This document shows, one piece after another, positions 27,770-37,757 of a stretch of DNA of 64,000 nucleotides (within the stretch, counting starts at the first letter, position 1; every line of letters starts with the position of its first letter). The stretch lies in assembly GCA_965238075.1 (NCBI GenBank), contig OZ250173.1:3232001-3296000 (forward strand). Direction: 5' to 3'. Under the pieces are notes generated by a model. That model made no database searches and was not told the DNA's origin. It saw nothing but the letters and a program-made list of their open reading frames with translations. The DNA comes from Candidatus Entotheonellaceae bacterium. GTDB lineage: Bacteria; Tectomicrobia; Entotheonellia; Entotheonellales; Entotheonellaceae. Both the position numbers and the translations under genes were made by a program.

Positions 27770-28705
27770 ATGGTTACCCTGCGCCGCACGGCTTCGGTGG
27801 CGCTGCCAGCGCCGCGAGAGGTCTCCCGCGCCGGCCCCTTGGAGCGGCGCGACCGCAAGATCTTTCTCGCCTTCCTGGCGCCCGGCATGCTGCTCGGCAT
27901 CGGGGCGCTGTTCATCCCCGTCATCTACGCCATCCAACTGAGTTTTTTCCACGCCGAAAGCTTTATCGACGAGCCGACGTTCGTCGGGCTGGCCAACTAC
28001 ATCCGGGTGTTTTCCGAGCCGCGTTATTGGCAGGCCTTCTGGCACGGGGTGTTCTACGCCGTAACCACGGTCGCCCTGCAGGTGGTTATCGGCATCGCTA
28101 TCGCGTTGCTTCTGCACCAGGAATTTCGCGGCCGCAACTGGCTGCGCAGCGCCGCGCTGGCACCGTACATCCTGCCGACCGTCGTGGTGGTGTACATCTG
28201 GAAGTGGCTCCTCAACATCAACTACGGCATCTTCAACGTTTTCCTGGAGAACGTCGGCGTCGGCCCCATTGCCTGGTTCAGCTCGCCGGTGGCGGCCTGG
28301 TTTTCCATCATTTTCGTCAGCGTGTGGTACTGGACGCCGTTCGTCACCATCACCTTCCTGGCGGCGCTGCAGACCATCTCTGACGATCTGTACGACGCCG
28401 CGGCGGTGGACGGCGCCAATGCCTGGAAGCGCCTCATTCACATCACCCTGCCGGTACTCAAGCCGGTGCTGATCGTCATCGTCATGCTGCGCACCATTTT
28501 CATGTTCAACAAATTCGACATCGTGTGGCTGATGACCAACGGCGGCCCGCTCACCACCACCGAGCACCTGCCCATTCTGGCTTACGTCAAGACCTTCGAC
28601 ATGTTCGACATCGGCGGCGGCACCGCCATCGCCACGTCGATCTTCGTGTTCCTGGCCCTACTGATCTGGATTTACTTCTGGATGTTTCCGCTGGAGGAGC
28701 ACTAA
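27770..28705 (+). CDS. Carbohydrate ABC permease (MalF-like)
   Basis: FVGLANY, LYDAAAVDGA EAA loop, MTNGGP. Confidence 0.93.
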   Translation: MVTLRRTASVALPAPREVSRAGPLERRDRKIFLAFLAPGMLLGIGALFIPVIYAIQLSFFHAESFIDEPTFVGLANYIRVFSEPRYWQAFWHGVFYAVTTVALQVVIGIAIALLLHQEFRGRNWLRSAALAPYILPTVVVVYIWKWLLNINYGIFNVFLENVGVGPIAWFSSPVAAWFSIIFVSVWYWTPFVTITFLAALQTISDDLYDAAAVDGANAWKRLIHITLPVLKPVLIVIVMLRTIFMFNKFDIVWLMTNGGPLTTTEHLPILAYVKTFDMFDIGGGTAIATSIFVFLALLIWIYFWMFPLEEH

Positions 28706-29539
28706 ATGCGCAAAACGAAATGGGGTTTGATCCGCCGCGTTTTCCTGTTGCTCCTCTTCATTGCGGTGACCCTCTACTCGCTGTTTCCGATGTACTGGAT
28801 GGTGGTTTCCGGCCTGCGCGCCGGGCGCTCGCTGTTCGAGCCGCTGCTGCTGCCGGGGCCGTATTCGTGGCAGGGCTACAAGACCATCCTCAGCCTGACG
28901 GACTTCCCGACGTATTACGTCAACAGCATTCTCATCGCCATCGGCACCACCGTGCTGACCGTGGCGGTGGTGACGCCGATGGCCTACGCCCTGGTGCGCA
29001 GCCGCCTGCCGGGCATGATGCTCATGGTGCGGGCCATGCTTTTCGCGTACATGTTCCCTGCCCTGCTGCTGGCTATTCCGATTTACATCTTCCTGGTGAA
29101 GATCGGCCTCGACGACACGCGCCTGAGCCTCATTCTGACGCACAGCACCTTTACGCTGCCGCTCGGTGTGTGGCTGATGTGGGGATTCTTCAAGAACTTC
29201 CCGTTCGAGGTGGAGGAGTCGGCTTTCATCGACGGCTGTTCGCGCCTGCAGGCCATCTACCGCATCATCATGCCCCTCACCTTGCCCGGCGTGCTGACGG
29301 TCGTGCTGTTCGCCTTCGTGCTGTCGTGGTCGGATTTCGTCTTCTCGCTCATCCTCATCACCTCGGATGAACTGAAGACCCTACCCTACGGCCTCGCCTC
29401 GATCGACGACGCTTATGACGCGAACTGGGGGGAATTGATGGCGGGTTCGACCATGATCTGCCTGCCCCTGCTGGCGCTGTTCGCTTTCCTCAGCCGCTAC
29501 TTCATCCGCGGCCTCAGCATGGGGGCGGTGAAGAGCTGA
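28706..29539 (+). CDS. Carbohydrate ABC permease (MalG-like)
   Basis: EVEESAFIDGCSR, WGELMAG, RYFIRGLSMGAVKS. Confidence 0.93.
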   Translation: MRKTKWGLIRRVFLLLLFIAVTLYSLFPMYWMVVSGLRAGRSLFEPLLLPGPYSWQGYKTILSLTDFPTYYVNSILIAIGTTVLTVAVVTPMAYALVRSRLPGMMLMVRAMLFAYMFPALLLAIPIYIFLVKIGLDDTRLSLILTHSTFTLPLGVWLMWGFFKNFPFEVEESAFIDGCSRLQAIYRIIMPLTLPGVLTVVLFAFVLSWSDFVFSLILITSDELKTLPYGLASIDDAYDANWGELMAGSTMICLPLLALFAFLSRYFIRGLSMGAVKS

Positions 29540-29793
29540 CAGTAGACCAAATGCCGTCGTCAGAGCGGTTACCCCGCGGCCAGCTTGCCAAGGCATGGGA
29601 GGAGGTCGGTCTGGATATCAGAGCGATTTTCGTCCCATTTGATCCGCAGATCACCTGCAGCACGTCTCTGCCCGAAGTAGTGCGCCGGCAAGGGAGATTT
29701 GAAACTGAGCAATTACCTGCCGTACACCAGATTTGACAGTAGCTCTGGTTTGCGGTACGGCAAAGTTGGAATTCCCGAAGGAGAACCAGGACA

Positions 29794-30625
29794 ATGCTTC
29801 GTCAATTGTGGAAGTTTGTTTTCGGCCCTGTCTGTTTACTGGTGTTGACAGTTTCCGCGGCGAGTGCGGAGATCGGGTTGACTTATGGTGTGGTCAGTAT
29901 TGGGAAACTGCCACAACCGCAAGTCTCGCCTTCAGTGGTCTATCTTGATGTGCCGCACATATACCAGGGCCGCCGCCCTTGGTGTGTGCCAACGTCAGTC
30001 TCCATGGTACTTCGATATTTTGGCAAGAATGTCAAACCCGCCGACCTCAAGCATCGCGCTGAGTCTTACAAGCCGAAAAATAAACGCAATCGGGATTTCA
30101 CATATTGGATCGATATGAAAATCGCCTTGCAGTCAATTGGGCGGCCTTGGACAATTCGAGACTATCTAAAAACGGAATCTGGTTTCAGGCGAGGTTTGAA
30201 CGATATTCGCCGATCACTCCGTCGTGGCTGGCCAGTTTTGATAGAAGTTCATCTTGGTGAGCAGGGCGACATGGGTCGGGCCTGGCCTTATTGATAATCC
30301 CAGGCCGTCAATTGGGCGGCCTTGGACAGATTCGAGACTAGTTCTAAAAACGGAATCTGGTTTCAGTGGGGCGATGGCGCCGGTTTGAACGATATTCGCC
30401 GGATCACTCCGTCGTGGCTGGCCAGTTTTGATAGAAGTTCATCTTGGTGAGGGGCACACATTTGTTGTTGCGGGATTTAATGATGAAGATGAGGTGATTT
30501 ATATCCGGGACCCGCTACTGACATCAAGACGACGGGCGCGAATATTGACATATGCGGATTTGCGCAGAAATTGGCACAACCATCGCTTTGGGAATTCCCG
30601 CAGTGCATTCTTCTCGTCGCCGTAG
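29794..30625 (+). pseudogene. Secreted C39-like cysteine peptidase interrupted by a ~130-bp internal duplication
   Basis: VPHIYQ..WCVPTSVSMVL..FG, GHTFVVAGF, IYIRDP. 30132-30261 is repeated at 30307-30451. Confidence 0.7.
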
Positions 30626-30830
30626 AACCTGCTGGGCGATTCAAGCTGTCAGTTGGTTCTTCGCCAGAGGGTCCTGCCTGGCGTCCAGAGCGGCGTCGCG
30701 ATTCTCGACATCGAAAAAGCCCAGCGGACCCATGTTCAACTCCTCTGGCCTTGTTTAATAATGCGGTTCAACGATGCTAAGTGTGGAAGACGAGGTAACA
30801 ATGAGCACCGACCCATGATAAGGGGGACCG

Positions 30831-31397
30831 ATGATGAAATGGAAGATATGTCATACGGTTTCGGCAGGGGTGGCGCTCGCAGTGGTGCTGCTGGCCGGGC
30901 AGGCCCAGGCTGCCTGCAGCGGCGGCCAGAGGACCAGTCACCACGATGCCGACTGCCTGGACGCTGATTGGAGCAACCGTAGTGTTCCGATCAGGGGTAA
31001 AGCCACAGTCCAGAACAAGTGCTCGGACATCGGAACGGTCGTCGCAAAGATCGACAGAATAGCTGGCTCGGACTGGACATGGCATTTGACCATCGGCGAG
31101 GAGAGGAGTAAAAGCAGCGGTTACAAGATCAGGGGGATTTACTGCTGCAAGGATCTCAGCGAAATCTGCGACACATCGGAATTAAGCGACGTCGAGTGCG
31201 CCAAAAGGTACCGGTCCAGCCCCGCGGATGATACATGCCAGTGGCCAACGGCCGGCTATGAAAGCCCCAAGTATTGCAAGATCGAGGCGACGTGTGAGAC
31301 AGGGAATGGGCTCGTGAGGACGAGCATCACCGTGGACTACGCCGACACCGATGATCTCCGCAACTGTGATGGCACTCTGCAAGTCGACGAGTGTTGA
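30831..31397 (+). CDS. Secreted 12-Cys protein with cyanovirin(CVNH)-like C-terminal half-repeat
   Basis: Signal peptide AQA-A; C-terminus IEATCETGNGLVRTSITVD..LRNCDGTL. Confidence 0.6.
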   Translation: MMKWKICHTVSAGVALAVVLLAGQAQAACSGGQRTSHHDADCLDADWSNRSVPIRGKATVQNKCSDIGTVVAKIDRIAGSDWTWHLTIGEERSKSSGYKIRGIYCCKDLSEICDTSELSDVECAKRYRSSPADDTCQWPTAGYESPKYCKIEATCETGNGLVRTSITVDYADTDDLRNCDGTLQVDEC

Positions 31398-31891
31398 CGG
31401 ACCCGGAATTCCGCGGCGTCCTCGTTTTGACGCCGGCGGCCCCATGATGCAGACCCGAATCCGCCTCCGATATGGGATCGAGAGCGTAGCGCCCTTGGCG
31501 AGGCCAAGACGCCCTCGATCCTGCAAGGCAGGGGTCGCGTCGCCAGGAACGCTTCCATCGGGCCCCTGCGTAACATCCCTGAGTAAGTCGAATGGCGGGA
31601 CATACAGCCGGCGAACAGCGGCGTGACGAAGGACGGCCGCTGATAGGGCCGCCAGTTTCCGGCGAGAATCCGGCCGACGCCTAATTCGGGATTGCCTTCG
31701 TTCCACGGATCCAGAGGTGGGTTGACGGGCCGGTTGTTCGCTTCGTTCGAGCCGTCCGTCAGGCGGCGGTCGATCTACTGTGCGTTCACTTTGACACCAA
31801 GAATCTTTGTAGGGGTTTGGTCAGTTCTGACCGAAACGGTTTCACGGGCATGTCAATTCCGAACAATACCGGATCTCGGACGAAACGCACA

Positions 31892-33076
31892 TTAAAACGC
31901 TAGAACCTTCTTCGGATTGTCGATCAGAATTTTGCTGACCACCCGCTTTGTAATCCCCGCCTCGTTCAGCTTTGGCACCACCTCAGAGAGAATCAGCGTC
32001 CACGGATCTTCTTTGAACAGCCACCAGTCCGCCTCGCGCTTCTCCTCCTGCCAGAACGTCCGGTAAAAATAAGGAACGGTGTCGTGGCTCAGGAGGAGCT
32101 GGTCCTCATAGCCCGCCTCCAGTAACGGCCTGATGTACTCGGCGCGATCTTCCACCGGGTAATTCGGGTAACCGATGCGGTCGAATTGCACCCACACCCC
32201 CAGGTCCGCCAGTTGCTTGTGATAGTCCGTGGCCCGGACGTTCTCGCGGTCATCCTTGTAGCCTTGATGTCCGATGATGATCTTTTGCGGGCCGACACCC
32301 AGGGAGAGCAGCAATTGGGCCATCTCCAGGCCGCCCCCGTCGGTGGTGTGGACACTGATCGGACAGCCCGTTTCGATGCAGGCCAGTCCCGCTGCCGTAT
32401 TGGCGCGCCGCTCCAGGGCGGTCAGATAGGTGCTGGTGGCGATCTTGATGATGCCGGCCTTGACGTCCGTGAAGGCGGCGCCGGGCTCGCCGTATGGGTC
32501 TTCCATCCCTTCGGTGATTTCCTTCACGTAGAGCTGCGTGACCTGTTCGATGCCGTTGGGCTGCACCAGCATGGCGGCGGCCCACAGGTGCATGGGCGCC
32601 AGCGCCTCGCCCCAGAACCCGGTGCAGCCGACGACGTGGACCGGGCTTTTCTTGGCCATGTCGACGATCAGATCGGGGTAGCGACCCACCCGGATCGGCG
32701 TCACCTCGACGATCGTGCCGCTTTTGGCCCAGCCGTCGAGCTGATTGTGAAATGCTTGCAAGCCGCTTGCCGCCTGGTCAATGACTTGTTGGCGGAACGC
32801 GCCTTCAATCGGGGCGATGGGATGGCCGTACAGCTCCGACCAGTCGATCACCGGGGCGTGCTCGTGCATGAGCGTGACGCCGAGGTCCTCCGGCGAAATC
32901 GGGCCCAGAACCGTCTGCACCCTCGGGCCTTCGCCGTTGTCGGACGTCTGCGCCTGCGCGACCTGTGTATGTTCAACCAGCGCCTCTCCGAGGGTGGCCA
33001 TGACCGCCAGGGCCGATGAGGTCTTGACGAAATCCCGTCGGGTTATGTTGGAGGAATGATCGTTGCCCGCATCCAT
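31892..33076 (-). CDS. Tat-exported phosphotriesterase/lactonase family amidohydrolase
   Basis: TRRDFVK; VQTVLGP..LGVTLMHEH; GIIKIA; SVHT; IGH; LLSHD; DNPKKVL. Confidence 0.88.
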   Translation of the reverse strand: MDAGNDHSSNITRRDFVKTSSALAVMATLGEALVEHTQVAQAQTSDNGEGPRVQTVLGPISPEDLGVTLMHEHAPVIDWSELYGHPIAPIEGAFRQQVIDQAASGLQAFHNQLDGWAKSGTIVEVTPIRVGRYPDLIVDMAKKSPVHVVGCTGFWGEALAPMHLWAAAMLVQPNGIEQVTQLYVKEITEGMEDPYGEPGAAFTDVKAGIIKIATSTYLTALERRANTAAGLACIETGCPISVHTTDGGGLEMAQLLLSLGVGPQKIIIGHQGYKDDRENVRATDYHKQLADLGVWVQFDRIGYPNYPVEDRAEYIRPLLEAGYEDQLLLSHDTVPYFYRTFWQEEKREADWWLFKEDPWTLILSEVVPKLNEAGITKRVVSKILIDNPKKVLAF

Positions 33077-33240
33077 GGTGTGCTCCTTTCCGCAGAGGGG
33101 ATGACGTGCGAAATTGGTCTGGGGCGCCACTATATCGCCTTTTCAGGGTCAATGGAATAAGAACGCAGCCCTGCCGTGACAATTTTCGCGACTGGACGGT
33201 ACGACATACCTTTGCAAACTGGAACGGAGGGGATGGGGTG

Positions 33241-33951
33241 CTAAGCTGGGAACACCGCCGCAACTGGCACGACGATTTCAGGCGCCACCAAGGGGGAAAC
33301 CTGCTCGGCAGGGTGAAGAACCTGGCAATCCTGATAGCGCCAGGCGCTGAAGAATTGAGGGTCGGGGACGGGGTGCCGGTACACTTCGAGGCAGCGTTCG
33401 GGGAGATTGACGAGCCAGAAGTCGCGGACGCCGGCCGCGGCGTAGAGTGGACCCTTGTGGTCGCGGTCATAGTCGGGGGACGATTCGGCGACCCCGATGA
33501 CGAGGGCGGCGCTGGTAGGGCGTCCGGCCGCGCTGGTGGGTGCGTTCAGGGACACAATGGCCAAGTTCGGCTCGGGTTCGGAGGTCAAGGAAGGCAGGGT
33601 GAGGGGCATCTGAATGCGAAGGTGATACCCCGTCCGGGAGTTGACATACGGGCTCAGGATTTCATTCAACTATATGATGGTCAGAGCGTGGGGTTCACCC
33701 ATGGGCGACATGACAAGAATTTCTCCCTGCACGAGCTCGACGTGCTTGTCTTCAAGCATCCCCAGGGCGACGAGTTGCTCATAATCCTCCAGTGTCCAGC
33801 GGTATGGCTTGCAAGCGGCGCCGGTGATGACAACGTCGCCGTCCAGCAACTTGATTTCGTCGAACACTCCGGCCTCGACCATGTTGTGGTATTCGTTGGT
33901 GCTCCACTGGTAACGCGGTAAGGTAGTCGTCACGGATTGCTGCCTTGTCAT
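33241..33951 (-). pseudogene. Uma2-family endonuclease with in-frame TAG (33670-33672) and duplicated N-terminal module
   Basis: YQWSTNEYHNM and YRWTLEDYEQL..VELVQGEILVMSPMGEPH; EPEPNL; YDRDHKGPLYAAAGVRDFWLVNL. Confidence 0.8.
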
Positions 33952-34012
33952 CGCTTCAGACCTCACGGCAGGATGCTCGCCTGCGGGGAGAAAGTAGAGG
34001 GCCGCCTGTGGG

Positions 34013-34576
34013 ATGTCAACCGCCAAGCAGATTCTGAACAACACAAACCTTATTGCGAAACAGGAGACGCTTATCTCTACCTCGTGCCCTGCTGTACCTG
34101 TGTGGTACACCCTTCTTGAAACAACCTTCGGCGCCTTGGGTGTAGCCGGCACGGCTCAGGGTCTGACACACGTCGAATTTCAGGACGGTGAGCACCCGGT
34201 ACGGCGGCGGGCGGATTGGCAGGAAAATCAGGGGATTCTTGACGAGGCACGAAAGCAGTTGCGGGAGTATTTCGAGGGACGGCGTCAGCGCTTCACGTTG
34301 CCGGTGGCGCCGGGTGGGACGCCGTTTCAGCAACGGGTGTGGCGGGAACTTCAGGCGATTCCATGGGGCACGACGACAACGTATCGGGAAATCGCCGAGC
34401 GGCTTGGGCAGCCGGCGGCGGTACGGGCCGTGGGGCATGCCAACGGGCGCAACCCGGTGGCCATCGTCATTCCGTGCCACCGGGTCGTGGGCGCCGACGG
34501 CCGGCTAACCGGCTATGCCGGCGGCATCGCGGTCAAGCGGCGCCTGCTGCAACACGAGGGCGCCCTGCTCGTCTAG
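34013..34576 (+). CDS. ogt: Methylated-DNA--protein-cysteine S-methyltransferase (true start probably further downstream)
   Basis: GTPFQQRVW, RAVGHANGRNP, IPCHRV, LTGYAGG. Confidence 0.93.
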   Translation: MSTAKQILNNTNLIAKQETLISTSCPAVPVWYTLLETTFGALGVAGTAQGLTHVEFQDGEHPVRRRADWQENQGILDEARKQLREYFEGRRQRFTLPVAPGGTPFQQRVWRELQAIPWGTTTTYREIAERLGQPAAVRAVGHANGRNPVAIVIPCHRVVGADGRLTGYAGGIAVKRRLLQHEGALLV

Positions 34577-34687
34577 TGTCCAAATTCTTAAGTTTTGATG
34601 ATTATCTGGGACAGTTTTACCAATAAAATCAACGAAGTAAAAACATACGAATTTCAGAATCAGGACGCTGCGTAGTTCAGGGCTTTC

Positions 34688-34726
34688 CTCCTCACCCCAA
34701 CCCTCTCCCTCCAGGGGAGAGGGAGC
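34688..34726. repeat. BoxC/REP-like hairpin
   Basis: CCTCACCCCAACCCTCTCCC-tcca-GGGGAGAGGG between convergent genes. Confidence 0.55.
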
Positions 34727-34801
34727 AAACCCCTAAAGCCAGCCTCTTGAAGGGAGGGGGAGCGGGGGCAATCAGATACGGACGTGCTCTAGCCCTGGCC
34801 G

Positions 34802-35242
34802 TCAGTCCAGCGGCGGCAGCACGTCGGGTTCGACCTGATAGCCATCGGCCAGGGTGTTGGTGGTGTTGAACAGCCCGACAATCGCCATCACCTCGCCCAG
34901 CGCTTCGATATCTAACCCCAGCTTGCGCACCGCCGCGGTGTGGGAGTTGGTGCAGTATGCGCAGCCGTTGGTCGCCGACACCGCCAGGGCGATGATCTCC
35001 CGCGTCAGCGGATCAAGCCGCGACTGACGTCCGACGGTCTCCGGGTGCATAAGGGTTTTCAGGTTCGTCCACACCAGTTCCAGGTGGTCGGGGTTCGTCG
35101 CCAGAACGCGCCAGAAATTGGGCACGAACGACAGTCCCTTGGTGGCCTTGATGTCGGCGAATATCGCCGCCGCCTTGCCGCTTGCCTCGTCTTCGCTCAC
35201 CATGCGGACGGTGGCCATCCGTTCTTCGGTCATTGTCGCCAT
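34802..35242 (-). CDS. AhpD/carboxymuconolactone decarboxylase family protein
   Basis: REIIALAVSATNGCAYCTNSH. Confidence 0.9.
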   Translation of the reverse strand: MATMTEERMATVRMVSEDEASGKAAAIFADIKATKGLSFVPNFWRVLATNPDHLELVWTNLKTLMHPETVGRQSRLDPLTREIIALAVSATNGCAYCTNSHTAAVRKLGLDIEALGEVMAIVGLFNTTNTLADGYQVEPDVLPPLD

Positions 35243-35286
35243 GAATGGTTTCTCTCCTTGCCGTTTGAATCTCTTGCCTTCCTGGA

Positions 35287-36201
35287 TTAACCCTGCGCGG
35301 CGACCGGCTGCTCCGCCGGCGCTCGATGCCCCCAAATGCTGCCCGTCGCGTGCTGCTGCACCTGCCAGGTGCTGTCGTCCACGGTGCGCGCCCCCCAGCC
35401 GTATTCGACCTCGAAGCCCGACGGCGAAGCCATGTAGAACGACACCATGTGGTCGTTGGTATGACGCCCCATGGTGCGGTTGATCGGCACCCCCTGGTCC
35501 TGGCACAGAGTGTGCGTCGAGCCGACGTCGTCTAGCGATTGCGTCTGCAGCATGAAGTGCCGCAGACGGGGCTTGATCGATGCGGCCAGGAACGCGACCG
35601 AGTGGTGGCGCGGGTTGCAGTGGAAAAAGGCCATGCGGGGCGAGGCGCTCCCGGTGGGGGCCATCCTGGAAGTCTGCACGAAATCGCTGATCCGCATGCC
35701 GAGCACGTCGCGGTAGAAGTGAATGCTCCGCCCTACGTCCTCAACCACCAGCACAATGTGTCCCAGGCCCTGCGTGCCGGTTTCAAAACCGGAGATGGCG
35801 CGCGGCGAGGCAAAGGGCTGATCGTAGTTCACCAACGGACCGTAAAAAATTTCGGTGCGCAAGCCGTCCGGATCGTCGAATGCAATGAGGTCCACAACCC
35901 GCCGCTGCGCCGCCAGGTCTGCGGCGCCGGCCGTTACCTCGACCCCCGCGGCTTCCAGTTGCCCCCGTATCGTCTTGAGGGCATGTTCGTCGGCGACCTC
36001 CCAGCCCACGTGGTCGATGTCGTCGTGTCCGTTGGCCCGCAGGGCGAACCGGTGATGATACTCGTCCATTTTAAGGAGCAAGGTGCCATCGGCGTCCGGC
36101 TCGTGTGCTTGCAGGCCGAGCGTCCGGGTCGCAAAGCGCTCCCAGGCTTCAACGTCACTCACCCCAATACCCAGATACCCAAGTTGGGTCACGCGTTCCA
36201 T
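35287..36201 (-). CDS. Type I extradiol ring-cleavage dioxygenase (BphC/HsaC-like)
   Basis: VTQLGYLG, GLGHIVL, FFHCNPRHHS, GRHTNDHMVSFY..SPSGFEVEYGW. Confidence 0.92.
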   Translation of the reverse strand: MERVTQLGYLGIGVSDVEAWERFATRTLGLQAHEPDADGTLLLKMDEYHHRFALRANGHDDIDHVGWEVADEHALKTIRGQLEAAGVEVTAGAADLAAQRRVVDLIAFDDPDGLRTEIFYGPLVNYDQPFASPRAISGFETGTQGLGHIVLVVEDVGRSIHFYRDVLGMRISDFVQTSRMAPTGSASPRMAFFHCNPRHHSVAFLAASIKPRLRHFMLQTQSLDDVGSTHTLCQDQGVPINRTMGRHTNDHMVSFYMASPSGFEVEYGWGARTVDDSTWQVQQHATGSIWGHRAPAEQPVAAQG

Positions 36202-36219
36202 GTTGCCTCCTTAGTTGCG

Positions 36220-37671
36220 TCAATTGTCCTTACCGAGAAACTCTCGGATACGCTCCATCAACGGTTCCTTGGGATACATACTGTACAGGAAACCAGCGCG
36301 GGCCAGCGGGTCGCCGGCAAAGAAACGCTCGTAGAGTACCTGTCGGCCGCCAAAGGCGCTACAGGCGACGTCCCACGCCAAGTGGAACAGTTGAACCCGC
36401 TCCCGAGCGGAGGCCGTGTCTGTGGCCAGATACCGCTCGATCTCTGCCGCCAACGGGGTCTCGAAATCCGCCTCGGACGGCAGGGCCATGAAGCTGCTCG
36501 ATCCCAGGAGTTGCAAAATTTCCACCATGCGGGAATAGACGCTCATGAACAGCGTGCGGATGGCTTCCAGCGGCAGCTCGTCGGGACACATCACGCCCCA
36601 CTGATCGACCCGCGCGTCCGCCTCGGCAGCGCGCAAGGAGGCTTTCATGACCTCCGTGTAGGTCATAAGCTCGGCCAGACGCTCCTTCACGTGCGGTAGT
36701 TCCTCCGAGCCCAGCGTGCGCGCCATGAGCAGGGCCACGCCCAGCACGAACTCGCTCTTCGCCACGTTCTTGACCGCCCCCTGATGAGCCGTGTGCACCG
36801 ACGAGTTGGTGGCGCGCGGCATGTCATTGAGCAGATCCGCGTCCCCCAACAAAAAGACCCGCTCCCAGGGCACGAAGACATCGTCGAAAAAGACCGTGGC
36901 GTCCATCTCCTCGAAGCGCGAGCCCAAGGGATGATCGAAGTGCGAGCGGCCCATATCGAAACTCTCGCGGCACAGAAATTTGATCCCCGGCGTGCTACAG
37001 GGAATGGCGAAATTGAGCACGTAGGCTTCCGATCCGGCGGCGTTTCCGCCTCCAAAACGGGGCGAGTAGACGGCGATTTCGTCGGCGATCGGCCCGAGTG
37101 TCGCCAGAATACGCGAGCCGTGCAGCACCAGGCCGGCGTCCGTTTCCCGCACCACGCGCAGCCCCACGCCCTCGGACAGCTGAGATTGGCCCGAGGTGCG
37201 CCGGCGCTGCAGGTTGATCAGGGCATGGGTCAAGGTCAGATCGTTTTCCCGGATGTACTCGTAGTACTGCCGGACGTGCGTTTTGAAGGCCGGACGGTTC
37301 TGGGCGAAATAATCCGCTGCGGCGCTCCAGGCGGCGAAATTGACGTTCAGAAAATCCGGTGAACGCCCCAGCATGCCGCATCCGGTGCGCGCCCAGCGCA
37401 TCATCATCCTGCCGCGCTGCTGGAGTTCGAGTTGCGTCTGCGGAATGATGAAGGAGTACCCTACCCGGTCGCCGGTGGTCGGTGACACATAGGTCATCTC
37501 ATCACGCAGCTCGGCGCGGGATTGCAAGTCGTAGAGGGCGGCCACAGTCTGCACACCCCCGCGCAACGCCGGATGCGTGGTGACGTCCGTAATCCGTTCA
37601 CCCCGCAGCCAGACCTCGCGCGGATGTTCCCGCAACCCGGTGATGTAATCCTGTCCCGTCCGTGCCGGCAT
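36220..37671 (-). CDS. hpaB: 4-hydroxyphenylacetate 3-monooxygenase-family oxygenase component
   Basis: RTGQDY, GRSPDFLN, DHPLGSRFEEMD, VPWERVF, RQVLYERFFAGDP. Confidence 0.9.
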   Translation of the reverse strand: MPARTGQDYITGLREHPREVWLRGERITDVTTHPALRGGVQTVAALYDLQSRAELRDEMTYVSPTTGDRVGYSFIIPQTQLELQQRGRMMMRWARTGCGMLGRSPDFLNVNFAAWSAAADYFAQNRPAFKTHVRQYYEYIRENDLTLTHALINLQRRRTSGQSQLSEGVGLRVVRETDAGLVLHGSRILATLGPIADEIAVYSPRFGGGNAAGSEAYVLNFAIPCSTPGIKFLCRESFDMGRSHFDHPLGSRFEEMDATVFFDDVFVPWERVFLLGDADLLNDMPRATNSSVHTAHQGAVKNVAKSEFVLGVALLMARTLGSEELPHVKERLAELMTYTEVMKASLRAAEADARVDQWGVMCPDELPLEAIRTLFMSVYSRMVEILQLLGSSSFMALPSEADFETPLAAEIERYLATDTASARERVQLFHLAWDVACSAFGGRQVLYERFFAGDPLARAGFLYSMYPKEPLMERIREFLGKDN

Positions 37672-37757
37672 GAAGCCTTTTTCCCTTCTGCTCAAGTCGC
37701 TTGGAGGTGTTATCGTCAGATCTGGGAACAAAGAATCTGGAGGGCGCCTTACGACAA

